From: Methanocaldococcus indicus
GTDB lineage: Archaea; AGJL01; Methanococci; Methanococcales; Methanocaldococcaceae
Direction of reading: 5' to 3'
DNA: 64,000 nucleotides
Assembly (NCBI RefSeq): GCF_049554935.1
Contig: NZ_CP186926.1
Span: 896,001-960,000 of the forward strand
Made by a program: the position numbers and the translations under genes. Below the pieces are notes generated by a model. The model was not told where the DNA came from, ran no database searches, and worked only from the letters and a program-made list of their open reading frames with translations. Below are positions 1 through 7,129 of this stretch, piece by piece. The stretch's first letter is position 1, and every line of letters begins with the position of its first letter.

Positions 1-605
1 TTACCACACCTTAAACACATAAATGCTGCTTCTATACACCTTGTCTTTATCTTAGATGCTTGTATTATCATTCCCTCAAATACTACAAGCTTATCTATAT
101 CTTTACTGCCTATATCTTTTATATTCTTGGAATCTACTATAGGATTAACTATTTGTATATCCTTATCTGGATAATCCCCATATATTTCATAATATGCTTC
201 ATTGTAAATTTGATTAATTAGTTCTTTAACTTGAAAAGGATATTCTATTATAGCATCATTTAGTTCCATATTCATCGGGAAATTATAACAGAATTCTCTA
301 ATGTTAAAGGTGCCCCACCTAAAGTCTTCAGAAAGCTTATACTTAATGTATTTCTTAATTGCTGCACCATGATTAATTAAAAATGATTCTTGGTCAAATA
401 TACTAATTGTTTTTTCTTCTTCTTTGAGTCTAAGATATGCTTCTCCATCTTCTTCAAACATTTCCACAATGCCTCTGTCAATTAACCTTTTTCTACCCCT
501 TATTACAGATTTTTCATTATATTTTTTAGATAATATTTCTAATATATCCTTCCACTTTGTAACCCCATTCTTTATTAACTCAATAATTTCATCCCCTATT
601 GCCAT
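1..605 (-). CDS. mcm: MCM-family helicase, N-terminal part (runs off window), with extra N-terminal wHTH-like extension
   Basis: Not in ORF track. Manual translation from ATG at 605: MAIGDEIIELIKNG...IKDIGSKDIDKLVVFEGMIIQASKIKTRCIEAAFMCLRCG, matching the MCM OB-fold start and first CxxC of the Zn finger; GGGGTAGG RBS upstream. Confidence 0.8.
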   Translation of the reverse strand, partial: MAIGDEIIELIKNGVTKWKDILEILSKKYNEKSVIRGRKRLIDRGIVEMFEEDGEAYLRLKEEEKTISIFDQESFLINHGAAIKKYIKYKLSEDFRWGTFNIREFCYNFPMNMELNDAIIEYPFQVKELINQIYNEAYYEIYGDYPDKDIQIVNPIVDSKNIKDIGSKDIDKLVVFEGMIIQASKIKTRCIEAAFMCLRCG

Positions 606-741
606 GACCTACCCCTTTTTCAGATTTATTATTCTGTTCATCAAGAATTATGATTTTTGCAAGCTTTCCAACGTATTTTTTAGGAATTATCACATGTCCG
701 CTTTTTGAAAAAGGTTTTACTTTTTTAACAATTACAACCAT
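589..741 (-). CDS. DUF2080-like (AbrB-type) small protein
   Basis: KKVKPFSKSGHVIIPKKYVGK motif; GGTGA RBS before ATG at 741; overlaps the MCM start. Confidence 0.7.
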   Translation of the reverse strand: MVVIVKKVKPFSKSGHVIIPKKYVGKLAKIIILDEQNNKSEKGVGHGNRG

Positions 742-754
742 CAGCTTCACCATA

Positions 755-772
755 GTTGAAAATTTTTCCAAC
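755..772. promoter_or_regulatory. Candidate operator GTTG-N10-CAAC (left operon)
   Basis: GTTGAAAATTTTTCCAAC between a TATA-like element and the RBS of the DUF2080-MCM operon; similar site at 2492-2509. Confidence 0.45.
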
Positions 773-929
773 ATTTGAAGTCCAATCTTATTATTGGTAT
801 ATACTCCTATATATAGTTTATGTATTATTCAACAGTAGGTGTCCAAACATGGGCTGAATATTTAACTATTCTATTTAAACTAAAAATAAAAATACTCAAC
901 TATGGATAATTTCTAGAAAGTGTGAAAAA

Positions 930-1292
930 ATGACATTATTGAAGATTTTAGCAAAAAAATACGTAATAGATATCTTAGAATTACTAAATGAGCATGGAGA
1001 GTTAGGATATTCGGACATCTGGAAAACATTAGTGATAGATAAGGGGACATTAAGTAAGCTATTAAAAGAACTTGAAGATGAAGATTTAGTATTACGAAGA
1101 GAAGAAAGGACTGACAGAAGAATTCCAAGAGCTTATTATAGATTATCACCTTATGGTAAGGAAATTGTAAAAATTTGCAAACAATTAAAAGAAGCTGAAC
1201 AGAAGAAACAAGAACTTATATCGTTAGGAAATGATAATATAAACATCCAGATTGGGGAATCAACTAATACCAATATTAATATAAAAAAATAA
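930..1292 (+). CDS. HxlR/MarR-type winged-helix transcription regulator 1
   Basis: LGYSDIWKTLVIDKGTLSKLLKELEDEDLV..YYRLSPYGK wHTH pattern. Confidence 0.85.
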   Translation: MTLLKILAKKYVIDILELLNEHGELGYSDIWKTLVIDKGTLSKLLKELEDEDLVLRREERTDRRIPRAYYRLSPYGKEIVKICKQLKEAEQKKQELISLGNDNINIQIGESTNTNINIKK

Positions 1293-1606
1293 ATATTTAC
1301 ATATTATATTTACTCAGCGACCATTATAGTTAAAATGTGTTAATATTGGGATAACTGTCACTTGTGCTTCTTTTTTTAAAATAAATGTCACCTGTCTTTC
1401 TTTTTAGTGTCACTTTGATGTTACCAAGTGTCACCTCTGCCACTTTTCCGTATTTTAAAAAAATATCATCTAAAACCTTTCATTAAATTATATGCCGAAT
1501 AATAAATTTAATTTTCGTGAAAATAAGCATAAGTGACAGTTATTTTTAAAAAATAAGCTTAAATTATTGAGGTGACACTTTTTGAAATATCTCGTGACAC
1601 TACCTT
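1272..1606 (+). repeat. Long direct repeat copy 1 (335 bp), includes last codons of regulator 1
   Basis: Near-identical to 2004-2390 but lacks a 52 bp segment bounded by AAAATAAGCATAAGTG direct repeats. Confidence 0.95.
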
Positions 1607-1670
1607 GTATATATTAATAATGAATTATATAAAAAATACATTAATAATTAAACAAAAAGGAGGTCTAAAT

Positions 1671-2024
1671 ATGGACATATTAAAAATATTGACTAAAAAA
1701 TACAATAAAGCAATATTATTTTTATTGGAAAAATATGGAACTTTGCATTATAGCGCTATCAAAAAATCTTTAAATAATGTTCATGACCATTTACTTACAA
1801 AGGCTTTAGATGAACTTGTTGAAGCAGGATTAATAAAAAGAGAACTTGAGAATCCAAATATAAGGCCGTCAAGAGTTTTATATTCTTTAACTGATTTAGG
1901 AAAAATGGCATTGAATATATATTCAATTGCAAAAAAGATTGAAGACTCTAGAATCAAAGTTATTGGTAATAATAATATTATTATAAACAATGTATCGTCT
2001 TCTAATATTAATATAAAAAAATAA
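1671..2024 (+). CDS. HxlR-type winged-helix transcription regulator 2
   Basis: GGAGG RBS then ATG at 1671; LHYSAIKKSLNNVHDHLLTKALDELVEAGLI..YSLTDLGK pattern. Confidence 0.85.
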   Translation: MDILKILTKKYNKAILFLLEKYGTLHYSAIKKSLNNVHDHLLTKALDELVEAGLIKRELENPNIRPSRVLYSLTDLGKMALNIYSIAKKIEDSRIKVIGNNNIIINNVSSSNINIKK

Positions 2025-2390
2025 ATATTTACATATTATATTTACTCAGCGACCATTATAGTTAAAATGTGTTAATATTGGGATAACTGTCACTTGTGCT
2101 TCTTTTTTTAAAATAAATGTCACCTGTCTTTCTTTTTAGTGTCACTTTGATGTTACCAAGTGTCACCTCTGCCACTTTTCCGTATTTTAAAAAAATATCA
2201 TCTAAAACCTTTCATTAAATTATATGCCGAATAATAAATTTAATTTTCGTGAAAATAAGCATAAGTGGCAGAGGTGGCAGATGGTGGCACTTTGGTGGCA
2301 CTAAAAATAAGCATAAGTGGCAGTTATTTTCAAAAAATAAGCTTAAATTATTGAGGTGGCACTTTTTGAAATATCTCGTGACACTACCTT
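2004..2390 (+). repeat. Long direct repeat copy 2 (387 bp) with mirror-symmetric TGYCAC/GTGRCA box array
   Basis: Direct comparison with 1272-1606; five box pairs symmetric about position 2220. Confidence 0.95.
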
Positions 2391-2491
2391 AAAAATTTTG
2401 TTATAAAATTTTTTAATGACTGATATTAATTTTTTTAGAGAAAAATGTTTTTATAATAGTATATATCTTATACTACTATTGAATATCAACT

Positions 2492-2509
2492 GTTGAAATA
2501 ATCTTCAAC
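2492..2509. promoter_or_regulatory. Candidate operator GTTG-N10-CAAC (right operon)
   Basis: TGTTGAA-ataatc-TTCAACA palindrome downstream of a TTTTATA box and upstream of the ORF at 2541. Confidence 0.5.
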
Positions 2510-2540
2510 AAATACAAAGCAGAAAGGGTGAGCATAAGGC

Positions 2541-2702
2541 ATGAAGAAATATGAAGAAGAGGAATTAAGGGGGATGTTAAAAGAGCTTTTTGGGGATAAG
2601 TTTGAAGAAGAGTATGAGAAAGTTAGGGAAGAGTTCAGTGGGCTATTAACTGAGTATGGTGTTTTAGTTATTCTTGCAAAGAGAAATAGGATAATTTTAT
2701 AG
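2541..2702 (+). CDS. Small hypothetical protein (53 aa)
   Basis: Below ORF track cutoff; GGGTGA RBS; MKKYEEEELRGMLKELFGDKFEEEYEKVREEFSGLLTEYGVLVILAKRNRIIL. Confidence 0.7.
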   Translation: MKKYEEEELRGMLKELFGDKFEEEYEKVREEFSGLLTEYGVLVILAKRNRIIL

Positions 2703-2714
2703 GAGGTGGTAGGC

Positions 2715-2918
2715 ATGCAAGTAAGAACTGCTAATAATGGAAGAAGGACAAAGATGGGAGGAGAAACCATTGAGAAGGTTAAGAAGTTAATTAAGAGGTA
2801 TTATTTGCTAAGGGAGTTTGAAGAGATGGGCTATCCACAGGAAGAGATTAAGGAAGTTATGGATGAGCTTGTAGCAATGATTGAGGAGGTGGTAAATGAT
2901 GCAAGTGTTAGTCATTGA
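2715..2918 (+). CDS. Hypothetical protein of integrated element
   Basis: GGAGGTGG RBS before ATG 2715; operon-like spacing. Confidence 0.6.
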   Translation: MQVRTANNGRRTKMGGETIEKVKKLIKRYYLLREFEEMGYPQEEIKEVMDELVAMIEEVVNDASVSH

Positions 2919-3168
2919 ATCAGATAGTAGTTTAGAGTGCATAAATGTGGATAAGGTAGTGAAGATATACACAAATGGGAAAGTAGTAGTGATAGAGTTA
3001 GAGACTGGGGAAAGGATAAGCTTTGAAGGTGGTAAGGAGAAGCTGAAAGAAATAATTTCTGGGATTGTAACTGAGCAGCCATTGATATACCTAAAGCAAG
3101 TTAGGAGGTTCATCAAAGCCAGCAATTTAGTTGAAGGTGATGATTCAAAAAACATTATTTGTTTATAA
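2896..3168 (+). CDS. Hypothetical protein of integrated element
   Basis: GGAGGTGG RBS, overlap with previous ORF. Confidence 0.65.
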   Translation: MMQVLVIESDSSLECINVDKVVKIYTNGKVVVIELETGERISFEGGKEKLKEIISGIVTEQPLIYLKQVRRFIKASNLVEGDDSKNIICL

Positions 3169-3198
3169 CCTCCCTCCTTTATAAAATTTTTCCTTGAG

Positions 3199-3381
3199 GT
3201 GATAATGATGGAAAAGACATTAGTTATGATGGAAGTGGATAAAGAACTTTTAGATAAAGCCAAAAGAAAATGGTTAAAAAAAATAGCAAAAATACTTGAA
3301 ATAGATGAAAATAAGCTAAAATATGACGATGATGAAATCGTAAGAGCAGTGTTAATTTTGTATGTCGAAGGTAGGTTTTGA
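3199..3381 (+). CDS. Small hypothetical protein, possibly RHH-like
   Basis: GAGGTGA RBS; beta-strand then helices pattern. Confidence 0.55.
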   Translation: MIMMEKTLVMMEVDKELLDKAKRKWLKKIAKILEIDENKLKYDDDEIVRAVLILYVEGRF

Positions 3382-3416
3382 GATATAATTCCTTTTTCCT
3401 TTTCCTGGTGGGGGTT

Positions 3417-3641
3417 ATGAAGCTACTAAAATACAGCAAGGAATACAAGATAAATGCCAAGGGGCACATTAGCATAAACATAGAGAGTGTAGTTAAAGAG
3501 TCCATGAAAGTTAAAGGACTGGAACTTAGAAAGCTACTGAGAAACTACCCAATTGAAGTAATATTTGACTTAGAGGATAAAAAGATTACTATTGATTTAT
3601 CTAATTTATTTGATTATGTTGGTAAAAGGTTGGGAGTATGA
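3417..3641 (+). CDS. Hypothetical protein
   Basis: GGTGGGGG RBS before ATG 3417; stop overlaps the next start (ATGA). Confidence 0.6.
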   Translation: MKLLKYSKEYKINAKGHISINIESVVKESMKVKGLELRKLLRNYPIEVIFDLEDKKITIDLSNLFDYVGKRLGV

Positions 3642-3892
3642 AAGCAAGGAGGGCTACTTTTTATTTATGTAAGAATATTGATAGTAGAAGATTAAGGTAT
3701 ATTTTGCATAAATTAGAAAACTTGGAGACAATAAATCCAGAAATATTAAAAAAGGTTATTGAAAGTAAGAAATGCTACAGAAGGACAATAATTCTAACTG
3801 ATGAAGAGCTAAAAATATATGAAAAATATGGCAAGGCCATCAATTTATATCTAAATTATCTTTTGGTGAATGAAGATGGAGAAAGGACTTAA
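3638..3892 (+). CDS. MJ0366-like (DUF2540) ribbon-helix-helix protein
   Basis: RATFYLCKNIDSRRLRYILHKLEN closely matches MJ0366 as I recall it; same position upstream of an integrase. Confidence 0.8.
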   Translation: MKARRATFYLCKNIDSRRLRYILHKLENLETINPEILKKVIESKKCYRRTIILTDEELKIYEKYGKAINLYLNYLLVNEDGERT

Positions 3893-4856
3893 TATCAAAA
3901 ATCTTTTATTAATAAAGCCAAAGAGAGAAAAAGCTGATGAAACACCAGAGATAAAAGAATGGTTGGATAAATTTAAAATTGAGAGAGAGTTTGATGGAAT
4001 AAAAAAAGAAACCATAAGGTCTGATTTAGATAGATTAAGGGTATTTTTAGATTTTGTATATAATAGGTTAAATAAAAAACCTGATGAATTAGAGACACAT
4101 GATTTTATAAAATTTTTCAGTTATTTAGAGAAAGAAAGAAGAGTTAGCAGGAGCACACAAAGGAAATATTATTTGTTATTAAAGGTTTTTTACAAAATTA
4201 TGAGGTTACAACATGTCATTAAAGGATTTATTGAAGAAAGTAAAGAGAGAAAAAGATTTTCAAAAATTGAAGTTAAGCATTATGACCCTGTAGATGATGA
4301 AATAGTTAATCAGATACTAAATAAGATATTAAAGTCAAATAGCAGGGTAAATATCAGAAATGCACTATTAATTAAATTTACTTATGAGACAGGATGTAGG
4401 ATATCTGAAGTTTTAAATTTGAAATATAAAGATTGTGATTTTAATACAGGGATGTTTAGAATAACTAACACTAAAACACATGAAGAGAGGGTAGTTGTAT
4501 GCTCTGAAGAAACGTTAGAAGCCTTGAGATGGTATGTTAGATATAATCCAAGACAAGGACCAGATGATTACATCTTTCAAAAACAAGATGGGAGTAAATT
4601 GAGCAGAAATACAATTTTACATGTATTTAATAAAGTAGTTAAAGAACTAAAAGAAGAGGGTAAAATTCCTATAAATAAAAGGATAACATTACACAGTCTA
4701 AGACATGGGAGAGCTGTTGATTTATTAGAAAAAGGATTACCACTTGATATAGTAAAAGAATTACTTGGACATAAAAGCTTAGACACAACTTTATTTTACT
4801 CACACTCAAAGGAAAGAACTAAGAAATTATTAAAAACTATAAAAAAGATTTTATAG
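3870..4856 (+). CDS. Tyrosine recombinase/integrase (MJ0367-like)
   Basis: ETGCRISE (R), HSLRH, LLGH and TTLFY (Tyr) catalytic motifs. Confidence 0.95.
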   Translation: MKMEKGLNIKNLLLIKPKREKADETPEIKEWLDKFKIEREFDGIKKETIRSDLDRLRVFLDFVYNRLNKKPDELETHDFIKFFSYLEKERRVSRSTQRKYYLLLKVFYKIMRLQHVIKGFIEESKERKRFSKIEVKHYDPVDDEIVNQILNKILKSNSRVNIRNALLIKFTYETGCRISEVLNLKYKDCDFNTGMFRITNTKTHEERVVVCSEETLEALRWYVRYNPRQGPDDYIFQKQDGSKLSRNTILHVFNKVVKELKEEGKIPINKRITLHSLRHGRAVDLLEKGLPLDIVKELLGHKSLDTTLFYSHSKERTKKLLKTIKKIL

Positions 4857-4991
4857 CTGCTACTTTTGTAGTCCAGTTAGGTTATTATAAACAAAGGACC
4901 TTAAAATTAATCAGGACTTAGTCCTGTGTAAAAAGTAGATATGAATATCAATTTTTTAGCTTTTTTTGGAAAATAATTTTACAAAAAAGTA

Positions 4992-5079
4992 TGGCGCGGG
5001 GGCCGGGATTTGAACCCGGGTAGGGCGGAGCCCAACGGGATTAGCAGTCCCGCGCCGTACCAGGCTGGGCCACCCCCGC
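4992..5079 (-). tRNA. tRNA-Ser(GCT) with encoded CCA
   Basis: GC-rich cloverleaf GCGGGGG..GGGACT-GCT-AATCCCG..long variable arm..GGTTCAAATCC..CCCCCGCGCCA. Confidence 0.97.
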
Positions 5080-5139
5080 ATACAAAAAAGCAAAAATAAA
5101 TAAAGTAATAGGATGTATATATAATTTTCGTTTAATTTT

Positions 5140-5955
5140 TTAATGATGATATACTATGATACTAACATTATCTTTTGTTTTTTGTAAAGAGATATCTAAC
5201 AATTTATCAACAATATCTTTTGGGTTTTTATAATTTTTAATTACATCTAAGATTTCTTCTTTTTTAACATAGTCATGTAATCCATCAGAGCTTAGCAATA
5301 TAATATCATCATCTTTTAAGTTCCATTCATATATATCTACTTTAAAATCATCTATACCTAATGCAAAGGTTATAATATTTTTCATGGGGTGATACATAGC
5401 TTCTTCCTCTGTTATATGTCCTTCATCAACTAACATCTGTACATATGTGTGGTCTTTTGTTCTCTCTATTATTTTGTTATCTCTAATTAAATAAGCTCTA
5501 CTATCTCCACAGTTTGCTACAATTGCTTTATTTCCTTTAATTATTACTGATGTTAATGTAGTCCCCATTCCTTCCTTATCTCCAATTGCCTCTGCTTTTA
5601 TTTGTTTGTGAGCAGTTTCATAAGCTTCTTTTAGAAGTTCTTTTATTTCTTCAATAGATAGATTTTTGTTATATTTTTCTCCTACAACTTTTTGTAATGT
5701 ATCTATAGCTATACTTGATGCCACTTCTCCTGCATTATGTCCTCCTAATCCATCTGCAACCGCTAATAAATATGCATCCTCTAATTTTTTTATTAAAATC
5801 GCATCTTCATTATTTGTCCTGTTCCCTTTATGAGATATTCCATAAGCTTTATCCTCTTCAAAAATTATTATATCTCTATTATTAGTTAATTCTATGTTGT
5901 TTTCTTTTTCTTTGTTACTATCTACTTTTTTGAAAAATTTGTTAATTATTCCCAT
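5140..5955 (-). CDS. PP2C/Stp1-family Ser/Thr protein phosphatase
   Basis: RTNNED, VADGLGGH, GMGTT, NCGDSRAY, SSDGL and KDN motifs. Confidence 0.93.
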   Translation of the reverse strand: MGIINKFFKKVDSNKEKENNIELTNNRDIIIFEEDKAYGISHKGNRTNNEDAILIKKLEDAYLLAVADGLGGHNAGEVASSIAIDTLQKVVGEKYNKNLSIEEIKELLKEAYETAHKQIKAEAIGDKEGMGTTLTSVIIKGNKAIVANCGDSRAYLIRDNKIIERTKDHTYVQMLVDEGHITEEEAMYHPMKNIITFALGIDDFKVDIYEWNLKDDDIILLSSDGLHDYVKKEEILDVIKNYKNPKDIVDKLLDISLQKTKDNVSIIVYHH

Positions 5956-5992
5956 AAATATTTCCCATCTTATATTTTTTTATAATTATTAA

Positions 5993-6233
5993 TTAACAAC
6001 CAATTATTTCTTTTATAGCCCCACCATTTTTTTATAGAGGTTGGTTTAATACTTCTTCTTTTAAAATATTTTTTATTGTTTCTTTTTCTAACCAATCAAT
6101 TAAATAATATTTTGAAGTATTTTCTAATGAGGAGTTTGTATAAATTTCCTCAATAAATAATATGTCAGAGGTTAAACAAATAACGTTAAGTCTTTAAATA
6201 TTTAAGTTCTTTCTCTCTATTATAGAATTTCAT
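5993..6233 (-). pseudogene. Internally deleted remnant of an archaeal (MJ-type) P-loop ATPase
   Basis: Fragments MKFYNREKELKYLKT / VICLTSDILFIEEIYTNSSLENTSKYYLIDWLEKETIKNILKEE / KPTSIKKW..IKEIIGC* joined out of frame. Confidence 0.7.
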
Positions 6234-6282
6234 TTTATACGCCTTAAAAAAATAAAAAAAGTTAAAATTAATTTATAAAATT

Positions 6283-7113
6283 TCAATTTTTAATTTTTAT
6301 AGCTGTTTTAGTTCCATCTTTTAGAGATTTTAGGAAATTTTCTAATTCTTCTAAGAATTTTTCTTTATTTTCAATTTTATAATTATTTGTATATTTTTCA
6401 ACTATCTTTACAATAGCACTACCTACAATAGCTCCATCAGCTATTTTACAAATCTCTTCTACATGCTCTTTTTTGGATATACCAAAACCTACACATATTG
6501 GAAGGGATGTTTTTTCTTTAACTTTCTTTATATAGTTTTTAGTTTCTTCTTTTACTTTGTCTCTTTCCCCAGTTATTCCTGTTACAGAAACAGCATATAT
6601 AAATCCAGATGCTTTTTTTAGTATTTTATTTAATCTTTCTTCTGTTGTTGTTGGTGCTACTAAAAATATTAAGTCAATACCATACTTTTTGCATATATTA
6701 TAGAGAGATTCACTCTCTTCAACTGGTAAATCTGGAACTATTAAGCCAGATATTCCTGATTCTTTTGCTTTCTTTACAAAATTTTCCTCTCCCATCTTAA
6801 ATATTATATTATAATACACTAAAAATACTAATGGTTTATTAGGATATTTTTCATTTAGATATTTTGCTAACTCAAAAGCTTTTAATGGAGTCATCCCAGA
6901 TTTTAGAGCTCTATAATCAGCTTTTTGAATAGTTAATCCATCTGCAACTGGGTCAGAGAAAGGTATTCCTATTTCTATTATATCCCCATACTTACATAGC
7001 ATTTCAAAAGCTTCCTTAGAATCTTCAAAGTTTGGGTCTCCTGCTACTAAAAAAGGAATAAATGCTTTTTCCTCTTTTTCATTTAATTCTTTAAATTTCT
7101 CTTCAATTTTCAT
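6283..7113 (-). CDS. trpA: Tryptophan synthase alpha chain
   Basis: EIGIPFSDPVADG and GFGIS motifs. Confidence 0.97.
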   Translation of the reverse strand: MKIEEKFKELNEKEEKAFIPFLVAGDPNFEDSKEAFEMLCKYGDIIEIGIPFSDPVADGLTIQKADYRALKSGMTPLKAFELAKYLNEKYPNKPLVFLVYYNIIFKMGEENFVKKAKESGISGLIVPDLPVEESESLYNICKKYGIDLIFLVAPTTTEERLNKILKKASGFIYAVSVTGITGERDKVKEETKNYIKKVKEKTSLPICVGFGISKKEHVEEICKIADGAIVGSAIVKIVEKYTNNYKIENKEKFLEELENFLKSLKDGTKTAIKIKN

Positions 7114-7129
7114 TTTTTCACTTCTATAT

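Larger units (their letters stand above)
1..5040. mobile_element. Integrated element (MCM-encoding integrative plasmid/provirus) at tRNA-Ser; left end outside window, right boundary approximate
   Basis: Tyrosine integrase ends 135 bp from the 3' end of a tRNA gene; upstream are small DNA-binding ORFs and an MCM-like gene; resembles the M. jannaschii MJ0363-MJ0367 region as I recall it. Confidence 0.85.

Noticed and set aside
424-708. Plus-strand 94-aa ORF
   Set aside because: Antisense shadow of the MCM and DUF2080 genes
1572-1670. Extended N-terminus of regulator 2 in the ORF track
   Set aside because: The GTG lies inside the repeat; ATG 1671 has a GGAGG RBS and aligns with the start of regulator 1
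1272-2390. Long repeats as a CRISPR array, DGR template/variable repeat pair, or MITE
   Set aside because: No repeat-spacer periodicity; no reverse transcriptase in view and only a few differences; no clear target-site duplication, and the repeat extends into coding sequence. A MITE origin cannot be fully excluded without a genome-wide search.
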